A DNA stretch of 64,000 bases from Candidatus Omnitrophota bacterium (lineage in GTDB: Bacteria > Omnitrophota > Gorgyraeia > Duberdicusellales > 4484-171). The stretch covers positions 37,608-101,607 of the forward strand of contig JAHKAJ010000025.1 in the NCBI GenBank assembly GCA_018826075.1, in the 5' to 3' direction. The notes under the pieces were generated by a model. That model was not told where the DNA came from. It was given only the letters and a program-made list of their open reading frames with translations, and did not search any database. Both the position numbers and the translations under genes were made by a program. Below, one piece after another: positions 1 to 9,104 of this stretch. Each line of letters begins with the position of its first letter. Position 1 is the stretch's first letter.

Positions 1-353
1 CGGGAATGGAGTTCGGGAAGCTCTACCGGTTTAACCAGATAATCTTCGTTATACAGTCTGGCAGCCATAGCCCTGGCTTCCTGGTCGTCTCTGCCGGTAA
101 GCATGACTACTGGTATCGAAAGAGTATCTTTGTCAGCTTTGAGATTCTTTAAGACCTCAAAGCCATTGATCCCCGGCATCATCACATCAAGAAAGATGAG
201 GTCAGGTTTTTTATGCTTAGCCAGCTCTAAACCTTTATGGCCGTCAGAAGCTTCCAAAACCTGATAAGAATGGCGTTCCAGATTTTTCTTGAGGAAAAAA
301 CTGAAATCCTCTTCATCGTCGATTACCAGGATCTTAACTGCTTTCTGAGCCAT
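1..353 (-). CDS. Response regulator receiver-domain protein (3' end runs off the window)
   Basis: Manual translation from ATG at 353: MAQKAVKILVIDDEEDF...PDLIFLDVMMPGINGFEVL...VVMLTG...YLVKP. Contains the DD, phospho-Asp, T and KP motifs of REC domains. Absent from the ORF track because it is truncated. Confidence 0.9.
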   Translation of the reverse strand, partial: MAQKAVKILVIDDEEDFSFFLKKNLERHSYQVLEASDGHKGLELAKHKKPDLIFLDVMMPGINGFEVLKNLKADKDTLSIPVVMLTGRDDQEARAMAARLYNEDYLVKPVELPELHS

Positions 354-726
354 CTTTGGCCTGCTCCTCTTTTTTAACTTTAAGGAGCTCCTTAACATGT
401 TTTTTGATTATTTTTTTGTCGACTTCCTTGACTTTAAAAAATTCAAAACCAGTGTCATAAAGCTTAACCCCCTCGAGATACTGGCTGATTCTTTCCCCAA
501 CCCAAGTGACCTTGCCTTTACAAATTATCGGCTCGGAACGCAAATAGATCTCCAAATCGACCGAAACCTCTAAGGGGATATTCTCTCTAACCGTGACCTT
601 TATTCCCCCTTCGCTAACATCTTCGGTATAAGTAGAGATCGGCGGCCTATCCGGCAAATAAATATGCACGGTAAAAGGGTACTGCACCCTGACAAAACGC
701 CTGCGATTAAGTCCATCCCACTGCAT
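334..726 (-). CDS. PilZ-domain (c-di-GMP-binding) protein
   Basis: RRRFVR (RxxxR) and DVSEGG (D/NxSxxG) motifs in a 130-aa protein. Confidence 0.85.
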   Translation of the reverse strand: MQWDGLNRRRFVRVQYPFTVHIYLPDRPPISTYTEDVSEGGIKVTVRENIPLEVSVDLEIYLRSEPIICKGKVTWVGERISQYLEGVKLYDTGFEFFKVKEVDKKIIKKHVKELLKVKKEEQAKDGSESS

Positions 727-733
727 ATTTTTA

Positions 734-1132
734 TTATTCTAACGCTTCGAAAATTTTTTCAGCTATAAACTCTGAAAGATGATGATTAAGCGAAGAGATC
801 TTTATCTCAGTTTTTTTCGGCTCGATCTCCCGGAAAAAAACGGCTACTTCGGTAGAACTGTTAGCTTGAGGAAAACTGACATTCAGGTTAGTAAATATGG
901 CCAGGCCTTTTTGTCGGCTGCCCCGGTAAAAGCTGGCTTTTAATCCTCCGAAGATGCTAAACACAGCATCGTAAGTGGAAAAAAAATCCTGATTGATTAC
1001 TTTAGTGAAGATTTTTCCCTTTTGTTTAAACGGCTTGGTCCCTGAACCAAAAAGCCTGACTACCTCCAGCGGCGAACAAGCCAGAAGAAAAAAGGAAAAA
1101 ATAAAGATTAAAATCAATCCTTTGGTTTTCAT
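734..1132 (-). CDS. Putative lipoprotein, unknown function
   Basis: Signal peptide ending in lipobox LLAC; translationally coupled to citrate synthase. Confidence 0.6.
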   Translation of the reverse strand: MKTKGLILIFIFSFFLLACSPLEVVRLFGSGTKPFKQKGKIFTKVINQDFFSTYDAVFSIFGGLKASFYRGSRQKGLAIFTNLNVSFPQANSSTEVAVFFREIEPKKTEIKISSLNHHLSEFIAEKIFEALE

Positions 1133-2529
1133 GTCCGTTTTTCAATCGGCAGGTATTCTGCGTTAAACGAGCCTGAATACATAGCTCGCGGCCGAAAGAT
1201 CCGGTTATGCTCAAGATATTCCATTACCCGGGAAACCCAGCCCGAAACCCGGCTGACAGCAAAGATCGGCGTAAACAGTTCGACTGGAATACCCAAAGAA
1301 GAATAGACAATCCCTGAATAAAAATCAACATTAGGAAATATCTTTTTTTCAACCCCTAAGGTAGCGATCACTTTTTTCTCCAAAGCCAAAGCAACATCAA
1401 AAAGCTGTTTAACTTCTGGGTCGTCATTTTCCTTAATTAAATATTCGGCTAAAGGCCCCAGGATCCTGGCCCGAGGATCATAAGCCTTATAAACCCGGTG
1501 CCCGAAGCCCATGATCTTTTCTTTTTTGGCCCGGGCATTCTCATACCAAGAATCTACCCTATCCGAGCCGCCGATATTTTTAAGCATATGTAAAACTTGC
1601 TCATTGGCCCCTCCGTGAAGCGGACCGTTTAAAGCGGCGATTCCTGAGCCAACAGCAAAATAAATATCCGAAAGCGTAGAAGCAACCACCAGAGTTGCGA
1701 AAGTGCTGGCATTAATGCCGTGGTCAGCATGTAAAATCAAAGCGATATCCATGATCCTCTCTTGAACCGCGGTTGGGTACTTGCCGGTAATCATATAAAT
1801 AAGATTAGCAGCATGGCTTAAATTCGGATCGGAATCAATAGGCAAATTACCCTGCTTTAAACGAGCGACTGCTCCGGCTACAGAGGCAACTCCGGCGATC
1901 AAACGCAGGCTGGATTCATAATCAGCTCCCGGGTATAAACCTTCAGCCGACTCTTTGGTTTTATCCAGCCGGTTAAATTCATAAATAGCATGCTCCTCTC
2001 CCCGGGGACGAGTCTCCATGGGGATAGAATCTTCGTCAGCGCTGATCGTTCTTCCATTTTCAAATCTATAGTTATCCTGCTTCTGGGAAAAAAGTTCCTG
2101 CTTCATCAGGCTGGCTCCGAAACTAAGCGCTGACATAGTATTCATGGTCGCAACCGGAAAATTAGCTAAAAGGCGTATGGTCGAGGGAATACTGCGATAC
2201 TTGACCATCTTCTCTTTAAAAGCTTTAAGCTGCGAATTTCCCGGAAGCTGCCCGTAAAGCAGCAAATAGGAAACTTCCTCAAAGGTAGAATAAGCGCAAA
2301 GATCAAACACGTCATAGCCCCGATAGACCAGCCAGCCTTTAGCTCCATTGACATAGCCGACTTTGCTTTCGCAAGCAATAGCTCCTTCCAGGCCCGGCCC
2401 GACTAAGCACTGAATCGGCCATTGAATAGGCTTGGGCATCTCCGGCGCCGGTTCATTTCCAGTTTCCTGGCGGGATTTCTCTCTGACCTTAAGGATTAAA
2501 TCAGTAATCGCTTTTGTATTTTCATGCAT
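1129..2529 (-). CDS. gltA: Citrate synthase family protein
   Basis: GLEG, YRGY, LHADHG.NAST, GPLHGGAN, GFGHRVYK..DPRA and PNVDFYSG motifs. Start moved to ATG 2529 (MHENT), preceded by AGGTGG. Confidence 0.9.
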   Translation of the reverse strand: MHENTKAITDLILKVREKSRQETGNEPAPEMPKPIQWPIQCLVGPGLEGAIACESKVGYVNGAKGWLVYRGYDVFDLCAYSTFEEVSYLLLYGQLPGNSQLKAFKEKMVKYRSIPSTIRLLANFPVATMNTMSALSFGASLMKQELFSQKQDNYRFENGRTISADEDSIPMETRPRGEEHAIYEFNRLDKTKESAEGLYPGADYESSLRLIAGVASVAGAVARLKQGNLPIDSDPNLSHAANLIYMITGKYPTAVQERIMDIALILHADHGINASTFATLVVASTLSDIYFAVGSGIAALNGPLHGGANEQVLHMLKNIGGSDRVDSWYENARAKKEKIMGFGHRVYKAYDPRARILGPLAEYLIKENDDPEVKQLFDVALALEKKVIATLGVEKKIFPNVDFYSGIVYSSLGIPVELFTPIFAVSRVSGWVSRVMEYLEHNRIFRPRAMYSGSFNAEYLPIEKRT

Positions 2530-2576
2530 AATCACCACCTCGCTTAAGTCATAATTATACCAGAAAGTTTTATTTT

Positions 2577-4121
2577 CTAAAGCCTTAAAATTTGGGCCCA
2601 ATAGGCTTTGAGGGGATTTTCGAAAATCACCTGCCAACGGGAAACCAAAGGCAGTTTTATTAATTTGGCCGGTTTTAATAGCTTTTTTTGGCTAAAATCA
2701 TGATATTCTGAAAGGCTGAGGCTTTGAATAAATACTTTATGCTTCTTTCCCTTTAAAACAAACCCTTGAGGGATGACTTTGAGTTCATACCCATTTACCT
2801 GTAAAAAGAAAGCTAAACTGTAGGTGTTGACTGAAAGTAAATAGTTTTCCGGAACTGCTTCTTTAAGGCCGACAATTACAAAATCTGATTCAGAGTTTGA
2901 AACTAGTTCAGCTAACCCTTGGGAAAAAGCCAAAGCATCCTGCCAATAAGGCTTTTGGTTGGAGCTGCTCACCTGCTGATAGCCCTTCCAGTAGGCGCCA
3001 AAAAATCTTGGGCCGTCATGAGTATGGGCATAAGCCGGGTTTCTGGTAATCCGTAGATAAGGAAACTTACCTTCCGGTTCAAGTGAAAAAAATTGAACTA
3101 AGATACTAAAAATAACCACAGCATAGGCCGATCTTTTAAAATTGAGTTTTAATCTTTTAGCTAACGGCCTCTGGCTAAAATCTAAAATCGCCGCCAACAA
3201 GACAAACGGCCCCAGGCAAATAGCGGCAAGCAAATGATGCCCGGATACCAGCCGGCCGAAAACCGGATAAAATAATATACCGGCTGGAATAATCACCAGC
3301 AGGCGCTTAAAGTCCTTTTTGGCTAAAGATTCTCCAAAGTAAACACAAGCGTATATACTTAAAAAAAACCAAACCGCTATGTTGGTGGCAGTAAACAAAA
3401 TATTCAAAGAATTAATCTGGCTCTCAGCCAAAGACCCGTTCAGTAAAAGATGGGATTTGTAATATGCTAGAATTTGCAGTGGTTTAAAAATTCCCGAAAA
3501 AATCGCCGCGGCCAAAATAAAAAAACTTCCTAAAGAAAAAGCAATTATCGAACGCCGGGAACGAGCTTTAAAAATTATAATAAAAAAAAGGGCCGGGATA
3601 CCCAGCAAAAAATCAAACCTGAAAAAACAGGCTAAAACAGCTAAGCTTCCGGCAAGGAAATATTTAGTATTCTTGCTGGAAACTATAGCTTGAGGTGAAT
3701 TTTTCCAAAACAAAATTAGTACTGCCAAGGAAAAAATAACCATGCCAAAAACGCTGGAATTAGGGTAAAGCAAACGGAAGAAGATCTCAGGAAACAATAA
3801 CAAAAAACAGAAACTAAAAAACAAATTTATTCTTCTGTTTGAGGCTTGATAAACCGAAAAGGTAAGCAAACATACTGCCAAGGCTCCCAATAAAGCCGGC
3901 AACAGATATAAAAAATACGGCAGGCCGCTAATCCGATAAACTAAATAGTTGACTTCGTAGGCCAGGGGCTGGTAATAGTAGCTATAAAGGAAAAACTCCC
4001 CAGCCTTGGCTTGAGCGAGATTGACTGAACCGGCCAAGATAGCTACCCCGTCAGGCTCATACCAGCCCCGGTCGCCAAAGGAAATCCCCCAAACTGCCAA
4101 AAGGCAATAAAGCAAGACCAA
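2577..4121 (-). CDS. Polytopic membrane protein, possibly a GT-C fold glycosyltransferase
   Basis: About 10-12 hydrophobic segments, an acidic EPD motif after the first TM helix, a YQPL loop and a soluble C-terminal domain. Start uncertain. Confidence 0.5.
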   Translation of the reverse strand: MVLLYCLLAVWGISFGDRGWYEPDGVAILAGSVNLAQAKAGEFFLYSYYYQPLAYEVNYLVYRISGLPYFLYLLPALLGALAVCLLTFSVYQASNRRINLFFSFCFLLLFPEIFFRLLYPNSSVFGMVIFSLAVLILFWKNSPQAIVSSKNTKYFLAGSLAVLACFFRFDFLLGIPALFFIIIFKARSRRSIIAFSLGSFFILAAAIFSGIFKPLQILAYYKSHLLLNGSLAESQINSLNILFTATNIAVWFFLSIYACVYFGESLAKKDFKRLLVIIPAGILFYPVFGRLVSGHHLLAAICLGPFVLLAAILDFSQRPLAKRLKLNFKRSAYAVVIFSILVQFFSLEPEGKFPYLRITRNPAYAHTHDGPRFFGAYWKGYQQVSSSNQKPYWQDALAFSQGLAELVSNSESDFVIVGLKEAVPENYLLSVNTYSLAFFLQVNGYELKVIPQGFVLKGKKHKVFIQSLSLSEYHDFSQKKLLKPAKLIKLPLVSRWQVIFENPLKAYWAQILRL

Positions 4122-4171
4122 CCCGATCAGGGGATTCTTGAAAATTTTTAAGATTTGAAAAAAATAATTAC

Positions 4172-4618
4172 TTATTCTGATTGCTTATACACCCTGTCAT
4201 TCTCATGAACCGGCTTGATCACCTTAATACCTATTTCAAGACCCTTCTTGGCAGTAGAAATAGATTCATGCTCATATTGCATAGATTGAATGCTTTGGCT
4301 AAAATCATCATGAGCACCTTTTATATGGATCTTGTCTCCAACTTTCAAGGCAGTTTTAACCTTGATTATCCCTACCTGGATCTTTCCGAAGTAGTGAGTA
4401 ACAATACCAACTTCCCTCTCCTTGAGCTTAGCCGGAACAATCTTTACCGGCCGGGATTTCTTTTTTACTGATTTGATCTTTTTGCTAACTTTTTTGGCCG
4501 GCTTGGTTTTAGATTTTTTAACGGTTTTCTTTGCCGGTTTGGCCTTAGTTTTTTTAACCTTCGGCTTTTTAGAACTTTTACGATTTACTGACTTTTTCCA
4601 AAGCTTTACCAACGTCAT
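4172..4618 (-). CDS. Lys-rich N-terminus fused to a translation-factor-like beta-barrel domain
   Basis: C-terminal VG.VTHYFGKIQVG...LKVGDKIHIKG...SMQYEH...GLEIGIKV resembles EF-Tu domain II / U32 C-terminal-like small proteins. RBS GGAGG upstream. Confidence 0.7.
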   Translation of the reverse strand: MTLVKLWKKSVNRKSSKKPKVKKTKAKPAKKTVKKSKTKPAKKVSKKIKSVKKKSRPVKIVPAKLKEREVGIVTHYFGKIQVGIIKVKTALKVGDKIHIKGAHDDFSQSIQSMQYEHESISTAKKGLEIGIKVIKPVHENDRVYKQSE

Positions 4619-4662
4619 TTTTCACCTCCCTTTTCCTTGGCATCATATCATAGAAAAAACAA

Positions 4663-4739
4663 TGGGGTGGGTGACGAGATTTGAACTCGCGACCACTTGA
4701 GCCACAGTCAAGTGCTCTGCCAACTGAGCTACACCCACC
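4663..4739 (-). tRNA. tRNA-His(GUG) with G-1 and encoded CCA
   Basis: GGTGGGTGTAGCTCAGTTGGCAGAGCACTTGACTGTGGCTCAAGTGGTCGCGAGTTCAAATCTCGTCACCCACCCCA folds as a cloverleaf; anticodon GTG. Confidence 0.97.
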
Positions 4740-5170
4740 AAAAAAAGTATTATTTAGGGTTATTCCTTATTTTTTGGTGGCACCGAGGCTGTAAAGCCGA
4801 GGTGCCTCTATTTATCAACTGAATCTTTTTATCTTTGCTCCAACCTTTGATCTCTGCTTCTCTTTTAAGAACCTCTGATTTAGATAAAAATTCCTCACTA
4901 TATTTTAGCTCTACCGGCCTCCTAAATTTAGTAAACCGGCAACCTTGACCCCGATTGTGTTGTTTAATCCTGTTATCTAAATTATTAGTAATACCTGTAT
5001 ATAACTTTTGATCCTTACACTTGATTATATACAAGTACCACCTTTTGTCCATTTTCTAGATCCTTCGCCTTCGGCTCAGGATTAATTCAACTATGTACTT
5101 TTGCAAGTTCGAAAAACGCAGCAAAAGTACAAGTTTCATTAAGCTACACCCACCAAAAAAGCATTATCTA
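4740..5170 (-). mobile_element. Putative GIY-YIG cassette inserted at the 5' end of tRNA-His
   Basis: About 30-bp direct repeat (4727-4756 and 5142-5170) containing tRNA nt -1..12 plus leader. It brackets a GIY-YIG ORF and three hairpins (4779-4806, 5060-5082, 5094-5131). Confidence 0.65.
4750..5052 (-). CDS. GIY-YIG nuclease (UPF0213/YhbQ-like)
   Basis: YLYIIKC...LYTGIT...RIKQHN.G.G..FT..RRP...E...KRE..IK.W...KK pattern. Confidence 0.92.
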   Translation of the reverse strand: MDKRWYLYIIKCKDQKLYTGITNNLDNRIKQHNRGQGCRFTKFRRPVELKYSEEFLSKSEVLKREAEIKGWSKDKKIQLINRGTSALQPRCHQKIRNNPK

Positions 5171-5172
5171 TC

Positions 5173-6447
5173 TTAATTTTGCGATTCCGCAGGTTGTTGT
5201 TCTGATGTTTCTTTATTTTTTTTGGGGACAAAGATGCTTTTCAGGGTATCGACTATTTCTTCCCCGCTTTTCTTAAAAACATCAATGGTCTCATCTAGGG
5301 TGAGTTCCTTCCCCTCTTTAAGCTTGTCTCCAATATTTTCCTTAAGGTTATCGGCAACCCCCTGGACCATCAATGAACCAAAAGGAACAACTTCTTTAAG
5401 GCTATCCTTTATTGAAGTTAAGTTTAAATTAGGAGAATCCATTTTAGTCTTAATCACAAAATTAAACACCGGTTTGTCTCCGGGGCCTTTCAAGAAAGAA
5501 AGAATGGTCCGTAAAGTCTTAGTCCGGGAACTCTCCTCCTGACCCTCGGGAACTTCCAGATATTCTATATTTTCTAAAACTAAAGAACTTTCTATGGCCA
5601 GCTCATTTTCCTTAGAGTTAAAATTGCTGTTTAAAGAAAGGCTGGCCTGTTTAATCCCCCAACTCTCCGGCTTCCAAAATGCCGGCCAATAGGAACTAAA
5701 AGCATTGTATCTGATATCCTCCAGACTGACATCCAGATCCATATTTTTATGATAATAATCTACCCAGCCGTTGGCAGACATACTTTCTATAGCGCTGGTT
5801 TCTCCGACCGTAGCAAAACCTTTAGCTTTCAGATAAAATTTTTCCGGATCAGGAAAAGAAAAATTCGTCAACTTTATGTCGACATCTTTGATGATTATTG
5901 GTTTTGCTTCCCGGTTGGTTTTATCTTCAAACTCTATCCGGCTGTTGATCACCCGGATATCTTTTATGGTAACCGGGATTATCTTGACTATCTCGGGTTC
6001 ACCAGCCTCTGCGGCTTTTTTGGAAACAAAATTAGTGGCCGGGCCAGAAGTTGGTTGATTCTCAGATAACTTTTCCTCTAAGCTTCCTTGAGGTTTTCCT
6101 TTTTCAAAAAAAGGCAAAACATGTAAACCTCTCCGGTCGTTTACGATGTTAATTTTCAGGCCGTCAACAATAAGTTTAGCTACAGCTAAACGCCTAAAAG
6201 GATTAAACAAATCTAAGTAAGCATTGGCTTTATCAAACGAGATATCAGCACACTCAAAACCTTTTAACTCTATAGCGAAAGGAAAACTTACCCGTAGCGA
6301 TTCAATTTCTACTTCCTGGCCAAAATTTTTCTCTAAGTTAGCGATTATTATCTCTCTCCCCTTTAGGTTAAGAAAGATAAAAAGAGCTGCATGAAATAAA
6401 ATTATTGCAACTACCAATAAACCCAGAGCAATCAATAATTTTTTCAT
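5173..6447 (-). CDS. AsmA/DUF748-like envelope protein
   Basis: N-terminal membrane anchor followed by beta-rich segments (IKDIRVINSRIEFED...IKDVDIKLTNFSFP). Confidence 0.6.
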   Translation of the reverse strand: MKKLLIALGLLVVAIILFHAALFIFLNLKGREIIIANLEKNFGQEVEIESLRVSFPFAIELKGFECADISFDKANAYLDLFNPFRRLAVAKLIVDGLKINIVNDRRGLHVLPFFEKGKPQGSLEEKLSENQPTSGPATNFVSKKAAEAGEPEIVKIIPVTIKDIRVINSRIEFEDKTNREAKPIIIKDVDIKLTNFSFPDPEKFYLKAKGFATVGETSAIESMSANGWVDYYHKNMDLDVSLEDIRYNAFSSYWPAFWKPESWGIKQASLSLNSNFNSKENELAIESSLVLENIEYLEVPEGQEESSRTKTLRTILSFLKGPGDKPVFNFVIKTKMDSPNLNLTSIKDSLKEVVPFGSLMVQGVADNLKENIGDKLKEGKELTLDETIDVFKKSGEEIVDTLKSIFVPKKNKETSEQQPAESQN

Positions 6448-6496
6448 TTCAGTATTTTTCTCCTTATTCTTCGTTTTTACGATTAAGATAAAACCA

Positions 6497-6570
6497 CGTG
6501 CCCGGCAGGAATCGAACCTGCAACCCTCGGCTTAGAAGGCCGATGCTCTATCCAATTGAGCTACGGGCAC
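6497..6570 (-). tRNA. tRNA-Arg(UCU), CCA not encoded
   Basis: GTGCCCGTAGCTCAATTGGATAGAGCATCGGCCTTCTAAGCCGAGGGTTGCAGGTTCGATTCCTGCCGGGCACG; anticodon TCT. Confidence 0.96.
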
Positions 6571-6574
6571 AATT

Positions 6575-6652
6575 TGGTCGGGGCGACAGGATTCGAACCT
6601 GTGACATCTTGGTCCCAAACCAAGCGCTCTAACCGGACTGAGCCACGCCCCG
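6575..6652 (-). tRNA. tRNA-Pro(UGG)
   Basis: CGGGGCGTGGCTCAG...CTTGGTTTGGGACCAAG...GTTCGAATCC...CGCCCCGACCA; anticodon TGG. Confidence 0.97.
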
Positions 6653-6712
6653 AACACAAAGGTAAATTTATTATAACTGGTTTTCTTATAGTGTAAAGGC
6701 GGTTTTGCCTCT

Positions 6713-7492
6713 CTAAAGACAAGCCGAAACGATTTCGACTACCCTTTGGTGAATTTTTTTATTCGAAGCAATATAGCCTATATTTTTATAGGTTAAAGGC
6801 TTTCCTTTTAAATCAGTTAAGCTGCCGCCGGCTTCCTCGATCAGGCATACCCCTCCGGCAAAATCCCAGGGCCGGTCATGAAATTCAACTACAAAATCCA
6901 AAACCCCTTCAGCAACATAGGAAAGATGCCGGGCTGATGAGCCAAGCATCCGAACATTAAAAACTTCCCTGGCTAAATTTCCCAAAGCCGGCAGCATCTG
7001 TTCCGGTGAATAACGAATACTGGAATCAAAGGCGATCGAACAATCCTTTAAAACATCGTTGGCCGAAACAGAAATCTTTCTGCCGTTTTTATAAGCTCCC
7101 TGGCCTTTTTCAGCGCTATACAGCTCATCGTCTTTAGGCATATAGATTATTCCGGCAACAAAATCTTTCTGCTTATGCACCAGTCCGATAGAAACTCCAA
7201 AAATATCGATGTTACGGATAAAATTATGGGTACCGTCTAAAGGGTCAATAATCCAAATATATTCTTTATCTTGGCCACTTGAGCCGCTTTCTTCAGCGAG
7301 AATAGCATGATCGGGAAATCGGGCTTTGATTTTACTGATAATCATCGCTTCAGCTTCCCGGTCCAGATTAGTGGCGAAATCACGATCGCCTTTTTTCTTA
7401 ATCTGGCTTACTTTGCCGAAATTATCCCAGAGAAATTTTCCAGCAACTCTGGCAGCTTCAATACCGACATCAAGAATTTTGCTCACCCTCAC
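6713..7492 (-). CDS. suhB: Inositol monophosphatase family protein
   Basis: AEE, WIIDPLDGTHNF and WDFAGG motifs. Confidence 0.88.
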   Translation of the reverse strand: MRVSKILDVGIEAARVAGKFLWDNFGKVSQIKKKGDRDFATNLDREAEAMIISKIKARFPDHAILAEESGSSGQDKEYIWIIDPLDGTHNFIRNIDIFGVSIGLVHKQKDFVAGIIYMPKDDELYSAEKGQGAYKNGRKISVSANDVLKDCSIAFDSSIRYSPEQMLPALGNLAREVFNVRMLGSSARHLSYVAEGVLDFVVEFHDRPWDFAGGVCLIEEAGGSLTDLKGKPLTYKNIGYIASNKKIHQRVVEIVSACL

Positions 7493-7950
7493 CTCCGTTT
7501 CTTATAAAATCTTTTTAAACTGCGTTCGGTCTCACGCTTGACAATGTCTTCTTTGATCTTTCTGCGTTTATCCTGAATCTGTTTTCCTTTGGCTAAAGCC
7601 AGTTCTATTTTAGCAATGCCCCGGTCGCTGAAATAGACCTTCAAAGGAACAAGTGTGCAGCCTTTTTGGACAGTCAGGCCGATCAAGCGCTTGATTTCTT
7701 TTTTATGCACCAGCAGCTTTCTTACTCTTTTGGGGTCACTTTTAAAATATGAGCTTTTGGCAAATTCAGGAATATGCATATTGTATAAAAAAAGTTCGTT
7801 GTTTTCAATCCGGCCAAAACTCTCATCAAGAGAACAATTCATGGTGCGTAAGGATTTGACTTCATTGCCTCTCAGGGCGATTCCGGCATCGATGGCCTCA
7901 AGGATGGTATAATCACGCCTGGCTTTTCTATTGGTAGCGACTATCTTCAT
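7489..7950 (-). CDS. smpB: SsrA-binding protein
   Basis: NRKARRDY, AGIAL.GNEVKSLR, RKLLVHKKEI, AKGK..DKR. Confidence 0.97.
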   Translation of the reverse strand: MKIVATNRKARRDYTILEAIDAGIALRGNEVKSLRTMNCSLDESFGRIENNELFLYNMHIPEFAKSSYFKSDPKRVRKLLVHKKEIKRLIGLTVQKGCTLVPLKVYFSDRGIAKIELALAKGKQIQDKRRKIKEDIVKRETERSLKRFYKKRR

Positions 7951-7952
7951 AG

Positions 7953-8903
7953 CTATAAAAAACTAAATCCCAAAACCTGCATTAAACTTAAAAGAAGCGG
8001 GATAGTAATAATGCTTAACAGGTGAGTAAAAAATACCCCCTGGGAAACAAACTCGCTGTCAGCTCCCCGCAGGTTAGCGATGATCGGCAGAGACACTGCC
8101 GACGGCATTGCTGCCTCAAGGACAATAAACACCCCCAGAAGTGAAAACAGCTTAAAATAAACTAAGCCAACCATAAACAAAAGCGGCATCAGCAGCAGCT
8201 TTAAAAGCCCCAGTTCAAAGATCAGCATCAGCTGCTTGGTAAAACCTTCCAGCTTGATCTTAGCCAGCCAACAGCCCAAAATTATCAGCGAAAGGACAAA
8301 ACTGGTATCGCCGACCATCTGCAAAGGGTCTAACAGGGTTTTGGGAATAAACCCAATAGTCTTAGTATAAATAAACAATAAAGCCAAAACTATGCCTAAA
8401 ACCGGCGGCGTAAATAACGACTGAAAACGAAAAGCTTCTTTCTTCTTTCGAAAAATCAGAAAACTGCCCAGGGACCACATGATCACATTATACCCGAGAA
8501 GGTAGAGAAAAATATAGACTAAAAACTTTTCACGCAGGCCGCCGGCCGGAAAAAGAAAAAAAGCTATGCTTATCGGTAAGTATCCTCCATTCTGGAAACT
8601 TATCGCGCTGATAAACTCCTCTTTGAGTTTATGGCTTTTTCCCCAGGAAACGATTAAACCCAAAAAATAGCCGACTAAAAAAATAAGAATGGCGATAAGA
8701 ATAAACACCCAAAGGGAGCTGGATAAAACTATCTGAGAACTGCCGATCAGGCGAGAAAAGATCAAAAAAGGAAAAGTAAAATTTATTACCAAAGCAGTTA
8801 AAACGCCTAAAGCCTGATCGGTAATGACCTTTCGCTTATAAAGGTAAAATCCAAAAAGGGCAATTAATAGAAGTTTAATAACTGTCAAGGATACTGATTG
8901 CAT
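7953..8903 (-). CDS. AEC-family (auxin efflux/malate permease-like) transporter
   Basis: About 10 TM helices, FQNGGYLP and AAMPSA motifs. Start corrected to ATG 8903 because the longer ORF reads through tRNA-Ser. Confidence 0.85.
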   Translation of the reverse strand: MQSVSLTVIKLLLIALFGFYLYKRKVITDQALGVLTALVINFTFPFLIFSRLIGSSQIVLSSSLWVFILIAILIFLVGYFLGLIVSWGKSHKLKEEFISAISFQNGGYLPISIAFFLFPAGGLREKFLVYIFLYLLGYNVIMWSLGSFLIFRKKKEAFRFQSLFTPPVLGIVLALLFIYTKTIGFIPKTLLDPLQMVGDTSFVLSLIILGCWLAKIKLEGFTKQLMLIFELGLLKLLLMPLLFMVGLVYFKLFSLLGVFIVLEAAMPSAVSLPIIANLRGADSEFVSQGVFFTHLLSIITIPLLLSLMQVLGFSFL

Positions 8904-8920
8904 ATTAAAATATTGGTTCT

Positions 8921-9016
8921 TGGCGGAGAGGGTGAGATTTGAACTCACGGTCCCGCCATTAAGCAGGACTTCCGATTTCGAATCGGACGCATTCAACCGG
9001 GCTCTGCCACCTCTCC
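8921..9016 (-). tRNA. tRNA-Ser(CGA)
   Basis: GGAGAGGTGGCAGAG...TCCGATTCGAAATCGGA, long variable arm, GTTCAAATC, ends CTCTCCGCCA. Confidence 0.96.
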
Positions 9017-9021
9017 AAAAA

Positions 9022-9104
9022 TGCGGAAGGGGGGACTTGAACCCCCATAGTATTGCTACCACTAGGTCCTGAACCTAGCGCGTCTGCCATTCCGCCACTT
9101 CCGC
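9022..9104 (-). tRNA. tRNA-Leu(CAG), CCA not encoded
   Basis: GCGGAAGTGGCGGAATGGCAGACGCGCTAGGTTCAGGACCTAGTGGTAGCAATACTATGGGGGTTCAAGTCCCCCCTTCCGCA. Confidence 0.96.

Noticed and set aside
7489-7950. tmRNA near smpB
   Set aside because: No ssrA-like sequence is recognisable in the flanking intergenic regions.
8904-9062. N-terminal extension of the AEC transporter ORF
   Set aside because: It reads through tRNA-Ser and tRNA-Leu; the real start is ATG 8903.
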